Translations under genes and position numbers: made by a program
DNA from: a virus
IMG/VR virus record: IMGVR_UViG_3300037322_000275
Location: 1-64,000 of that record
Length of the DNA stretch: 64,000 nucleotides
Direction: 5' to 3' (one strand)
Notes under the pieces: model-generated
Told to the model about the DNA's origin: nothing
The model's database searches: none
What the model saw: the letters and a program-made list of their open reading frames with translations, nothing else
Shown: positions 19,301-29,062 of the stretch, one piece after another
Layout: the number at the start of each line of letters is the position of its first letter
How positions within the stretch are numbered: position 1 is the first letter of the stretch

Positions 19301-21266
19301 ACAAGATCAATACAAAGGACTTTTAAAGGTAGAATCTGATACTGCTGAAAACAATTTATTAGATTTAGATGGTGTTACTGATTCAAAATATATTAGAGAT
19401 AATTTACACGTTATAGATATTCATGGTGAATTACAAAACATAATTACAGGAAAAACTACTAAATTTAAAAATTTACTTACAAGTGAAATAGATAGAACTA
19501 AAAACAATGGTGCAGGTGAAATTTATTTAATGATTCCTCAAGCTAATGGTACAATGTTTCCTTTAAAATTAAACATTAAAAAACTATCTAATGAAAAAGC
19601 AATTGGTTTAGCAGATATATATAAAGAAATGTTAATAAACAAGTTGTCTTATGATACAACTATTTCTGAAGTTAGTGAAGACTTGAGAAATTTTTTGTTA
19701 AGTGAATTTAAAGAAGAACTTAAGATAGTTGGAGGTAATCAAAATGACATAAAACTTAGTGAAATTGTTGATTTGTTAGTTTATGAGTCTGAAAATATAA
19801 AATCTCAAATTAGACTTGAAGATGGTGTTTTGTACTATGGTGACGAAACAGTAGATGCTAACTCAATTGAGGAAAACTTTACTGGCGTTGTAAACTTTTT
19901 AACAGAACAAAAAAGACATCAAATTAAAATTTCTCCAAAGTCTGAGACAGACAACAAAAAAACAAATATTCAATCTAATTCATCTGATTATCTTAACTAT
20001 CTTGTAGAAAACAAAATATTATCTACAAATGCAGTTGTCAATGAACCTACATTTCAAGGTTATTCTAATATTTATTTAAATACTCTTGTTAAAATTGAAG
20101 GTCTTGCACAAGCATTTTCACAAAATAATAAAACAGAACTTGATAAAATTAATAAAGCAGAGCAAGAAGCGTTAAAACTTTTAATAAAAGAAAAAGAAAA
20201 GATTGAGAAAAAGATTGAAAAAATTGAAAAAGGTGCTACAGAACTACAACAATTAATAGATACACTTAATGCATTAAATACTATAATAAATAAAACAAAA
20301 GTCAAATACCAAACACAAAGAGATGCTTTAAATAACCTATCCCAAAATGAAGTTGATGTAGCTAACGAAGTAAAACCACAAATAAATACTCCTGTTATAA
20401 AAGAAGATATTCTTGATTCTAATCAAGCAAAAATTGATGAATTAGAGGTAGAGAGAAAAGAAGAGTTAAATCCTGAAACATTAGATATTGATAATATTAT
20501 TTTTGGTAAATCTATTTCTGGTTTTCATGGAGGAGCAAAAGTTTATGATGAATTTAGAGTAATACCTAATGATGAAAACACATTAGGAAATGGAGTTTAC
20601 TTCTTCCCTACAGACACTAACGCAAAAGGATATGCAGAAGCTATTGGAGGAGGGGTTAGTAAAGCTACTATAGCATTAAAAAAACCATTTGTTATTGATT
20701 TTAGAAAAAGATTTTACGAAGATGCAGATGCTATTGAAAATAAATTTTACGAGAATAAAACAGCACAACAAAAAACAAATTGGTTGGTAGAAAACGGGTA
20801 TGATGGCGTTATAAACATTCCCTTTAATGGAAATATTAACAATGTTGAAGTAATGGTTGTAAATATAGAGGATGTACAGTCAGTAAAAGAGATTAATACC
20901 AAATACGATGCAAAAATTAAAAAACTAAATGAAGCAACACTTACTTTAAAAGAAAATAAATCAGATAATACTAGGAATTCTAATAATAATTCCGTATCTT
21001 TACCAAATATAACACCTGAAAACATTTCTACATTTCAATCTACTTCAGATATTCCAGGAACTGTTGAAAATATAGAAAAAATAAAAACACAAACTGAAGT
21101 ATTCAAAGCTTCTACTAATCCTAGAGAAAAAGCACAAGATATTAAAAGAATGTCTTTATTGTTTAATAAAAAAATAAATGGTACTTTAACAAAAGAAAAT
21201 GAGATTGCAAGTTTTGAGAATTTCAAAAATGCTTATCCAAATGAGTACAAAAAAATATGTAAATAA
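16368..21266 (+). CDS. Giant virion cargo protein with C-terminal ADP-ribosyltransferase-like domain
   Basis: 1632 aa; Gly-rich hydrophobic N-terminal helices (EGSEEVAQ, GFLGGILG); FHGG..F..GNGVYF..A.GYA..GYDGVI..E motif near the C-terminus. Confidence 0.75.
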   Translation: MEDEDINLNSSPGEVHKKIFKNKTLAFKDRPFKNLTDQSGNRVVHNTGFGKSKYDKDIIWDAEVDDKDIQSSLNEHRAQRQSGLEQTGFGLLRTTAKVATEVAKLPFVIGGLAVAPFAEENQGLETAFNNRFIKFFDGLNENIKEQLPVYTKEAVEKGGFMDHIASSAFWANDGADGLGFMLSMLVPGGVFKALGGSAKLFGGSVKALQYARFGKGIEGARKAITATGLTINKLDNIMIPLFNTVAESGAEAKGVSDDLMSRKKEFIAEQIEMYGQTPEKAEELFNEQKALAMQNTFNSNLAILAIPNYLQAKLLFGKTPSKVLLDKVKSEVGKTTVKNTVLKAGKRIAGAFASEGSEEVAQTSTEHRNVEKALNNKLGKSFTDDYNLITAGEDFIRTLGTTEGQIAGFLGGILGSPISVVGGYKQDLADTVETARLREKINGQSSAFRDIYDTDIYEQEEYLNPETNEKAFRPKEVDGKKVIIPENVVKMKKALDLNEGLSERYDKAVEEGDLETIEKLKKQGEFNLITNFIGENKVTLDALNENLKTLFPVVQPVNGEKLSPEQLSSNLENKTRADNIIKKATQLQTDLVSFKDMSTSLIKLNNPESTETQVSEFLNNLAFAFISERSEEFDVKEKLDILIKQKAELEKGSSTVIEEVLNPNFVENITSEFDRTVTTRSTNPRLELLDKQIKNLKEELKSSEKAINSTIWDNKFLNKQFNNRIIADKKSKENFEVKNTKKADEIIKKINSATTVEELNNLPKVNEDIDKVIQEKVKKKKEELKKQKEDKEKEKRKKAKQEDEDFNTPSVTDIVSTEGSVITDVIIPKDNANNTVEELKDIENGTVDSGKGVKVISADRETGEVIPFIEEFFPLYMAYERTPVNKKGNEVGFQINQNPGKNPKVLEALTAYNKGDFSNIQLLLDYLPINVQFTTDVNAPIETKRKTNETDPATQILRESLIFALSKGVPIENITTTIQDQYKGLLKVESDTAENNLLDLDGVTDSKYIRDNLHVIDIHGELQNIITGKTTKFKNLLTSEIDRTKNNGAGEIYLMIPQANGTMFPLKLNIKKLSNEKAIGLADIYKEMLINKLSYDTTISEVSEDLRNFLLSEFKEELKIVGGNQNDIKLSEIVDLLVYESENIKSQIRLEDGVLYYGDETVDANSIEENFTGVVNFLTEQKRHQIKISPKSETDNKKTNIQSNSSDYLNYLVENKILSTNAVVNEPTFQGYSNIYLNTLVKIEGLAQAFSQNNKTELDKINKAEQEALKLLIKEKEKIEKKIEKIEKGATELQQLIDTLNALNTIINKTKVKYQTQRDALNNLSQNEVDVANEVKPQINTPVIKEDILDSNQAKIDELEVERKEELNPETLDIDNIIFGKSISGFHGGAKVYDEFRVIPNDENTLGNGVYFFPTDTNAKGYAEAIGGGVSKATIALKKPFVIDFRKRFYEDADAIENKFYENKTAQQKTNWLVENGYDGVINIPFNGNINNVEVMVVNIEDVQSVKEINTKYDAKIKKLNEATLTLKENKSDNTRNSNNNSVSLPNITPENISTFQSTSDIPGTVENIEKIKTQTEVFKASTNPREKAQDIKRMSLLFNKKINGTLTKENEIASFENFKNAYPNEYKKICK
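20972..21002 (+). promoter_or_regulatory. Candidate intragenic promoter upstream of the vRNAP gene (TAGG-N19-TATCTTTA)
   Basis: TAGGAATT identical to the sites at 5533 and 43950; same spacing; one mismatch to TAnnTTTG. Confidence 0.55.
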
Positions 21267-21268
21267 TT

Positions 21269-24200
21269 ATGGCTTGTAAATTTATAGTAAACGGTCAAGA
21301 GTCAGTCTTGTACAACAAAATATTAGAAGCTTACAATGGTGATGAGGAATTGGCAACAGTTCTTCATTCCTATTTTAAGAATGATAATCAGTTCATTAAA
21401 AACTTTGGTAATTGGGAACAGGACATGGTTTCAGAAATTAAATCTGTAGACTATGTTTTTAACAAAGATATTTCTAGAATTGAAGAAAACGGTGAACCTC
21501 AACTTTTTAAGAATGAAACATTACGTGATTATTATTACATAGATAAAGATAATAACAAAGTTTACATTATCACAAACACAAAAAGTTTAAATTCTTTATT
21601 TGAAAATTCTGAGATTGAACAATTAACTAAAGTTCTTGTACGTGACTTTTTTAAAAATAACTTAAAGATTGATTTTGAAAATATTGACTTAGCTAATAAA
21701 TCCGCAGATTTAAAAAGTGTCATCACAAACAAGATTAACGAAAGAATTAGTGTTTTTAGAGCGTCTGAAGACATTTTATTTGAAGAAAGAGCAGATTTGT
21801 TAGAGCAAGCTTTAGCAAACAACCTAGACGAAATTTTAAAGAATGTAGTTGATTCTTTTGAACAAAGTAAAATCAAATATAGAGAACAACTACAAAATAC
21901 TGATGAAGATTTAACATTATCTGAAATTGAAGAAATTGAAAATGAAAAAAATCCTACATTTGGAAAGGCTTCATTTGAAAGTAGTACTAAAGGAAACATT
22001 TCAGCAAATGTTAAATTTAGATTGTCTTTAATTGAAGACCTTACAGAAAAAGATTATTTTCTAAATGATGTTGTTTACAAAAGTTTTGATTCAATATATA
22101 ACGATTTATTAAAAGTTTTAAATAATGTTGTTGCTATAGAATTAAATGGTGTTCAAGAAGACAAATTTGAATTGTTAAAATCAGAAATTTTAAAGCTTGT
22201 AAATAAAAAACCTTATTTTAAGGAATTATACAGAATTTTATCTCAAGAAGATATTTCTGAAAACATTAAAAATGAATTTACTGTTGCTTTTAATTTAAAT
22301 AGTAACAATTTTAATACAACAGAAATTACTGAAACAATTGTTGACAAAGCTAAAGTAATTGATATTACTGTAAAAAATGTTGCAAAGTCTTCTAGAAAAG
22401 AATCAGATGTGTTATTCATATGGAACAAGAACTTTAAAGAAGATTTTGTAACACTAAATGACAAGGGTAGACTTGTAGTTAATGAACAAGACAAGTTAGT
22501 TTTATTAGCTTTAAAAAAGAAGTTAGATAAAATTAATGTATTTCAGCAGGAAGCTGTTAACAATTTTGTGGAAATATTAAGAGATTTAGGTGTAGAGTCT
22601 ACAGAAAAAGGATTTCTACATTTTTTAGATAATTCAGAACTAGTTAACAATGATAAAGGTTTATCTGAAAAATTGTTTAATAATGCAATTCGTAATTTAA
22701 AATTCTTTTTGAGAGATATAACAACAGATCAAATAAAAAATCTAGATAATTCTTTTTTAACACAAAGTTTATTTAAAGAACTTGCTATTGCAGAATCTTT
22801 TTATTTAGTTGAACAATCAGATTCTTCTGTATTTACTGCAGGAAAACAAAAATGGACGTTTTCATATCCTTCGTATTTATCTAATACAATATTGTCTTGG
22901 AAAAAAGACAGAAGTATTTTGGAAAATCATTACTATTCTTCTAAATCAAATGAAAGTTCTCACTGGATAAAACACTTTCTTGCTTTAGGAGATACCTATG
23001 AAGTAGATGATTTTTTACCTAGAGGTCAGCAAGAACTTTTAAGAATTGAAGAATCAAAGAAAAGAATCAATGCTATTGAGTTGGGTTCTTTTAATGTATT
23101 ACAAACTTCTGACAATTCTTCTGAATCAAAAGATGGTAAACAAATAGATAAAAAAGCATATATTCTTGATACTGTAAACAAAGCTATTGCATTTAACAAA
23201 AACGTACCTTCATATCACAGAACAACTACTCCTGGAGATAAAGCAACTCAATACGAGTTAAATGTTGGTGTAAATGTACCTACAAATGCACGATATGGTG
23301 GAGAACACGGTATTGTGTTAAATGCAAATGTTATTGACATAGTATTTGAATACTTTAATGGTGAATATAAAAGAATGAAGTTTGAACGAGCTTTCGTGAA
23401 TAATGAAAAAAATAAAAACAAACTTATTACTTACTATCATTTAGGTGCGGGTAATGCTTTTAAATCTCAATTTTTTCCAGGTTTAAGTAATTCTTCAATT
23501 AACGCTACAGCAAAAGATTTTGGTTCTGATTTTAACTTAATTTACAATGAAAACGGAGATGCATATTTAGAAGATTTAAAAGGCTCAGTATTTGAAGAAT
23601 CTATAAAGTCATATATTGCAAAACAACTTTCTGAAGATATTTCAAATACAGTTGGTGAACTAACTGAAAAAGGATTGTTTAAACAGAAAGCAGATAGTTC
23701 TTATGAAAATTTAGGTATAGACAGTAAAGTTTGGTCTTCATACGGTTCAAATCCTGAGTTAAAGGTTGCTTCAGATTTTTTTATTAATGGTTTAATTTCT
23801 CAAGTGGAATATTCAAAGATGTTTGCAGGAGATATTGCTTATTACAAAAATCCTGTAGATTATAAAAAACGTATTCCTGCAACTTATACTGATGGTCTTT
23901 ATCAACGATTAAGTGAAAAAAACAAAAACATAAATATTGCTGTTATACAGAGTGTTAATATAGGAAGTCCCTTTCACAGCGAAATTGAAGAATTAATTGG
24001 TGAAACAATTGCTAAAAACTATGCTGAAGGTGAAATTAACTCTGCTGATGCTCAAGCATGGATTACTCCTGCTAGATGGAAAGATGTATGGACAACTTTA
24101 GGTAAGTGGAACAATGTTCAATCTGCTTATGAAAAAATGATGGGTGAAAATAGAGAGCCTTTTACTAACGAAGAACTTAAAAAAGTAGCACAACCTATAA

Positions 24201-27200
24201 AAGGTGTGTATTTTCAGAATGTTAATGGGCAACCAATATTTTTAAAATATTCTCAAGCAGTATTGTCACCAAGATTAAGAAAAGGGAATGATTTAGAAAT
24301 CTTGTATAACAAGATGGTTAATAATAAAGATGCAAACGGAGAACTAGCCCCAATTGATGAAATATTAACGTTTGACGCAATTAAAGTAGGTTCTAACTTA
24401 CCATCTTTATCTCACAATGCAGAAGGTCGTATTGTAGAAGATTTTGAATTAAATGTGATGACAATACCTGCTAACGGATGGAAATTACAACAGGATTTAC
24501 CAACTAAATCATTTAAACAAACAGATCTAGGTTCTCAGTTACAAAAAAACATATTTCAAGGATTAGCTTTTAATCTAGAGAAACTGTTTGAAGTAAGTGA
24601 TGACGAAGAACTTACAGGTAATGAAATGATTCAAGCAATTTCTGAAGTTGTTGGTGATCTAACTGAAATGGGTTATGAATCGATACTTAAAGAATTTGGT
24701 ATAGATGATAATTCTGTTATTTCAAATATCAATGGGTTCTATGGTTTGATAATTTCTGAATTAAAGAGTAGAAATGGTTCTAAAAACGTAATTAAAGCAT
24801 TAGAAGCTGAAACTACGATTTATGGAATACCTCAAGCACAAAAGAAATTACAAAATATATTTAGTTCAATTATGACTAAACGTATTTTAAAAATTAAAAC
24901 AAATGGTGGCTCATTTATTCAAATGTCTAATTACGGTTTAAATAAAGAAAACGCAGAAAATCAAAAAGTCATATGGAGTCCTAATGCATTGTCTACAGTA
25001 CATGAACCTCAATTTTTAAAAGATGAAAAAGGTGAATATGTATTATCTAAGTCAGGTAAAAAAATAATAAGACCAGGTGGTATACTAATCTCAGGTTCTT
25101 TTTTAGCTAAATATATTCCTAATTATGCAGACTTTGATGCAATTGATTTATTTGTAGGTCGTGATGGTAAACCACCAATGATAGATAAACAAATACAAGA
25201 CAATATTATAGGATACCGTATTCCAAACCAAGGTTTATCTTCTAATGATGCGTTACAGATTGTAGGAATTCTTCCAGAAGAAAATGGTGACACTATTGTA
25301 GCCTATACAGGTATTACAAAGAAAACAGGTTCAGATTTTGATATTGATAAAATGTATATTATGTTTCCTTCTGTAAGACCTGTCTACAATAAAACAGACG
25401 AAGTTTACAACTACGTTAATCAAACTTTAAAAGGAAATAACTTTTCAGAAACAACATTAAATTATTTTAATTTTTTAAATAAGTTTAAAGGTAGTGATAC
25501 AGAAATAGATATTGAATTAATAAAAAATGAATTTGAATCATTAAAAACTGATGAAGAAAAATATGAATTTTTTAATAATCAAAAGCAAACTGTTTTAGAC
25601 ATTCTACTAAATAAAGAAAATGCAGATGTAGATATTGTAAAAGAAGTCTTTAAAAAATTTGATATAAAAGTTAAAAGATTACAGTATATTAAGTATGACA
25701 GTAGTAAAAAAACTAAAGAAGGCTTACAAAACAGATTAATAGAATTATATAAAACAGTTCTACTCAATGAAAATGTAATTGCAGATGTCATGACTCCAAT
25801 TGACTTTAATTTTATGGAAGATGACATTAAAAATATCTACAGAGAAGAAAGATCAACAAACTTAAGTATTGTAAATCCTTTAAGAGATATTGATGTTAAA
25901 TACAGTTTTTTAGCAGGTAAAGCAGGTGTTGGACAACAAGCTAATGCATTAATGGATTACGTTTTGGGTAGTTTATCTAATTTAAGTATTACAAATTTAA
26001 ATATTCCAAAATCAAACATTCGTTTTGACTCAGAGTTTTCAACTGAATTATCTAGTGAGGATCTTGCTTATTATAAAGAAAAATTAGATCTTTCAGATGA
26101 ACAACTAAATCAAGTTAAATCCATTAAAATTGGTAATTCACTGTCTGCAGTTTTGAATGCATTTGTAGATATTGCTAAAGATCCTTTTATCACTAAAGCA
26201 GGATGGGTTACAATGACCACTAACACAGGTAACTTGCTGTTACGTGCAGGACTTCATCCATTTTATGTAAATGCTTTACTGTCACAAACTGTCATTAAAG
26301 ATTATGTAGAATTTAGTGAACAATATGAACAATCTAATAGCCAAGGTCTTTCTACTTTAGATGCTTTTATTAAACAAGAATTTGGTAAAGATACATGGGA
26401 AAACACAAAGAAAAAGAATGTACTAAATTTACCATTAAAAAGTTTAAGAGAATCCATTGGTAAAGAAGGTTTACAAAATGATAGAATGAATACACTGTAT
26501 ACCTTTCTAAACTATCAGGGAGCTTCTAAAGTTTTAAAAGAAAATATAGATGCTTCTAAATTTATGGTTAATGGTTTAGGTCAAAATGTCACATCGTTGC
26601 GTATTTCTAAAAATTTAGTAGATTCTATTAATCAAAAAGAAGAAAGATACAACAACGGACTTGAACTGAATCCTAATAAAAATGTAATTCAGGGATTTGA
26701 AACTAAGTTTGTAAATCCTAATGGTACTGAAAGTTCTTTTTCAAAGATATATAATTTTGTTATTACAAAACCTTTGAAAATTGTAAAAGCAAATCCTAAA
26801 TTATTTTTATCTGCAAATGAAACAATACAGCAAACATTTAACGAAATTTCTCACAGTATTTCAGGTGACATTTTAACAAATGACGAATTAGGTGTAAAAC
26901 TTGAAAGTAGTTTTTATAGTTATACAATGTCTGGATTTAAGCAATTAAGAATGAATATTGATGAAAAAAGATATTTATTAACAACTTTTGTGAAAGAGTT
27001 TGAAAAATTTCAAGTTGACAATGATGGAATATATTCTCTTGTAAATGAATTAATTGTAAAGTCAGGTGAAAAGAAAACAAATTATATTTCATTAAATAAC
27101 AGAAGTAAATCTAATGAATTTGAAGACAAAATGACAGGCTCTTTTATGGACTTGTTAAACAATGAACCTGAGTTTGCAGAAAATTTAATTAAGTATTCTT

Positions 27201-29062
27201 ATTTAACTTCAGGTTTTACAATGAATTCAAATCAATTTTTTACATATATTCCTACAGAATGGTTTATTAGAAATCAAATCAATAGATTTATAATCGACAC
27301 AGGTAGAGAGTACGATAACTATGGAAAAATTAATGACAACACTTTTATAGATCAATTCTTTTTAGATAGACTAGAAGATAAAAAAATTGTTAAAAACATT
27401 GGTGAAAAGCAAATTACAACTGTACTTGGAAAAAAAGACATCAAAATGAATGGTTTTGTAACAAAAAAACAAGGTAAAGCACCTTACTACTTTACTAAAT
27501 CTACAGAAAATGGTAAAATACATTACAAGTTAATAGGTTATACTGCTGGTTTTGAAGGAATTTATTCTAGATTTACATTAAATACTAAAGGAGAATATGT
27601 AGATATTCAACCATTAAATGCAAAAGATAAACAAGGTAATAAAATATTTAGTTTTAGTAAAGATGGTTTAATATTAAAAGCAACAAGTTCTGGTGTCGCT
27701 AAGTTAGCAGACAAAGCAATTCAAGATTTTATGCAAGACAGTGTTTTTTATAATAGAGATTACTTTTTTAGAGGTAGTATTGTTAGTGATGAATCTGCTT
27801 ATGATGATCTTGTTTATGACAAAATAGATAATTCTAAAGAACCAATGTTTGTTGAACCTATTGCTAAAGATGAAACTGAAAAAATTGACACTGTAGAATC
27901 ATTAAGAGCTGAAGAACAAGTTGAATTACAGCAAACTTTTCCAAATATTATTCCTGTTAACGGAAAAATTATCAAAGAAAGTTTAAATACAGATGAAGAT
28001 ATTGCAACTTTTGAAAAAATTTACGATAGGTATGATAAGTTAATAACTCCTTTATTAGATAATCAATTACAAGAGTCAGATTCTATTTCAGAAGTTAAAA
28101 CTGAAACTATGGTTAAAGAAAGTGTTTCTAAGCCAACAACTAAATCTGAATTATTAAAACAACTATTTACTAAAGACACTATTTCAGATGTAGTTAAAGG
28201 CTCTGTTGTTGATTATAATGATAAAAAATGGATTGTTTGGAATATTTCAGATACTGGTAAAGCACAGTTAATAGATACTGAAGGTAATAAATTTAGTGGA
28301 ACTCCTAATTTAGATAAATTAACTAAAATTGGTGATTATATTACAACTGATTTTGATGGTACTGATTACATTGTAACTGGAAATGAAAATATATATTCAT
28401 TAGCTACAGGTAAACAAGTATTTACAAATGGTGACGGATCTACAGTTAGTAAAAAAGCTAAGATTATTAATCAAATAATGAAAGAAAATGATTTAGTATT
28501 ACCTGAAAATACTCTTAAAGAAATTAAAGAAACTGTTAATTCAGAATTACCTACAAGATCATTTGAAGATATTGATAAAGAAAATACCAGAAGTCGTTTA
28601 ATTAAAGAAGGTTATGAAATAGTAACATATGACAAAAATGAAAAAGCTTCCTATGAAAGAGTTACTGAAGATAATGTTGATAACGTAACAGATGATAATA
28701 TTTCTTTTAATGAAAGAGAAACGGATTTTCCATTAGGATATAGTGTTATAATTGATAGTTTATCTTCAATTGACTATGGGGATGCAAGTATTAAAGATAT
28801 TTATGAAGATTATAGAGTTGAAAAAGATCAAGAAACTAAAGAGGTAATGAGATTGTTTTTAAACAGTAAAGGGTTTAATTTAAAAACACAAGAAGAAATT
28901 GATTTTGAATTTGTAGATCCCAATCAAATAGATATGTTTTCATCTGCCGCAAATAATTTTGAACAAGTTAAAGAGCAGTGGTTAAATAGCGGTAGAACTG
29001 AAAAAGATTGGAATAATATGGAAATAGAAGAAAGAGAATACGTAATTAAAAACTGTTTATAA
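21269..29062 (+). CDS. Virion-packaged double-psi-barrel RNA polymerase (phi14:2 gp66-like)
   Basis: GYRIPNQG and catalytic GSDFDIDK (DFDID at 25334-25348); DAQAWIT, NAFVDIAKDP; 2597 aa. Confidence 0.93.
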   Translation: MACKFIVNGQESVLYNKILEAYNGDEELATVLHSYFKNDNQFIKNFGNWEQDMVSEIKSVDYVFNKDISRIEENGEPQLFKNETLRDYYYIDKDNNKVYIITNTKSLNSLFENSEIEQLTKVLVRDFFKNNLKIDFENIDLANKSADLKSVITNKINERISVFRASEDILFEERADLLEQALANNLDEILKNVVDSFEQSKIKYREQLQNTDEDLTLSEIEEIENEKNPTFGKASFESSTKGNISANVKFRLSLIEDLTEKDYFLNDVVYKSFDSIYNDLLKVLNNVVAIELNGVQEDKFELLKSEILKLVNKKPYFKELYRILSQEDISENIKNEFTVAFNLNSNNFNTTEITETIVDKAKVIDITVKNVAKSSRKESDVLFIWNKNFKEDFVTLNDKGRLVVNEQDKLVLLALKKKLDKINVFQQEAVNNFVEILRDLGVESTEKGFLHFLDNSELVNNDKGLSEKLFNNAIRNLKFFLRDITTDQIKNLDNSFLTQSLFKELAIAESFYLVEQSDSSVFTAGKQKWTFSYPSYLSNTILSWKKDRSILENHYYSSKSNESSHWIKHFLALGDTYEVDDFLPRGQQELLRIEESKKRINAIELGSFNVLQTSDNSSESKDGKQIDKKAYILDTVNKAIAFNKNVPSYHRTTTPGDKATQYELNVGVNVPTNARYGGEHGIVLNANVIDIVFEYFNGEYKRMKFERAFVNNEKNKNKLITYYHLGAGNAFKSQFFPGLSNSSINATAKDFGSDFNLIYNENGDAYLEDLKGSVFEESIKSYIAKQLSEDISNTVGELTEKGLFKQKADSSYENLGIDSKVWSSYGSNPELKVASDFFINGLISQVEYSKMFAGDIAYYKNPVDYKKRIPATYTDGLYQRLSEKNKNINIAVIQSVNIGSPFHSEIEELIGETIAKNYAEGEINSADAQAWITPARWKDVWTTLGKWNNVQSAYEKMMGENREPFTNEELKKVAQPIKGVYFQNVNGQPIFLKYSQAVLSPRLRKGNDLEILYNKMVNNKDANGELAPIDEILTFDAIKVGSNLPSLSHNAEGRIVEDFELNVMTIPANGWKLQQDLPTKSFKQTDLGSQLQKNIFQGLAFNLEKLFEVSDDEELTGNEMIQAISEVVGDLTEMGYESILKEFGIDDNSVISNINGFYGLIISELKSRNGSKNVIKALEAETTIYGIPQAQKKLQNIFSSIMTKRILKIKTNGGSFIQMSNYGLNKENAENQKVIWSPNALSTVHEPQFLKDEKGEYVLSKSGKKIIRPGGILISGSFLAKYIPNYADFDAIDLFVGRDGKPPMIDKQIQDNIIGYRIPNQGLSSNDALQIVGILPEENGDTIVAYTGITKKTGSDFDIDKMYIMFPSVRPVYNKTDEVYNYVNQTLKGNNFSETTLNYFNFLNKFKGSDTEIDIELIKNEFESLKTDEEKYEFFNNQKQTVLDILLNKENADVDIVKEVFKKFDIKVKRLQYIKYDSSKKTKEGLQNRLIELYKTVLLNENVIADVMTPIDFNFMEDDIKNIYREERSTNLSIVNPLRDIDVKYSFLAGKAGVGQQANALMDYVLGSLSNLSITNLNIPKSNIRFDSEFSTELSSEDLAYYKEKLDLSDEQLNQVKSIKIGNSLSAVLNAFVDIAKDPFITKAGWVTMTTNTGNLLLRAGLHPFYVNALLSQTVIKDYVEFSEQYEQSNSQGLSTLDAFIKQEFGKDTWENTKKKNVLNLPLKSLRESIGKEGLQNDRMNTLYTFLNYQGASKVLKENIDASKFMVNGLGQNVTSLRISKNLVDSINQKEERYNNGLELNPNKNVIQGFETKFVNPNGTESSFSKIYNFVITKPLKIVKANPKLFLSANETIQQTFNEISHSISGDILTNDELGVKLESSFYSYTMSGFKQLRMNIDEKRYLLTTFVKEFEKFQVDNDGIYSLVNELIVKSGEKKTNYISLNNRSKSNEFEDKMTGSFMDLLNNEPEFAENLIKYSYLTSGFTMNSNQFFTYIPTEWFIRNQINRFIIDTGREYDNYGKINDNTFIDQFFLDRLEDKKIVKNIGEKQITTVLGKKDIKMNGFVTKKQGKAPYYFTKSTENGKIHYKLIGYTAGFEGIYSRFTLNTKGEYVDIQPLNAKDKQGNKIFSFSKDGLILKATSSGVAKLADKAIQDFMQDSVFYNRDYFFRGSIVSDESAYDDLVYDKIDNSKEPMFVEPIAKDETEKIDTVESLRAEEQVELQQTFPNIIPVNGKIIKESLNTDEDIATFEKIYDRYDKLITPLLDNQLQESDSISEVKTETMVKESVSKPTTKSELLKQLFTKDTISDVVKGSVVDYNDKKWIVWNISDTGKAQLIDTEGNKFSGTPNLDKLTKIGDYITTDFDGTDYIVTGNENIYSLATGKQVFTNGDGSTVSKKAKIINQIMKENDLVLPENTLKEIKETVNSELPTRSFEDIDKENTRSRLIKEGYEIVTYDKNEKASYERVTEDNVDNVTDDNISFNERETDFPLGYSVIIDSLSSIDYGDASIKDIYEDYRVEKDQETKEVMRLFLNSKGFNLKTQEEIDFEFVDPNQIDMFSSAANNFEQVKEQWLNSGRTEKDWNNMEIEEREYVIKNCL

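Noticed and set aside
16814-25827. Antisense ORFs in the track (e.g. 17720-18586, 21562-21999) and similar shadows elsewhere
   Set aside because: They lie fully opposite long real genes and have the F/L/S/I-rich composition of reverse-complement shadows, with no motifs
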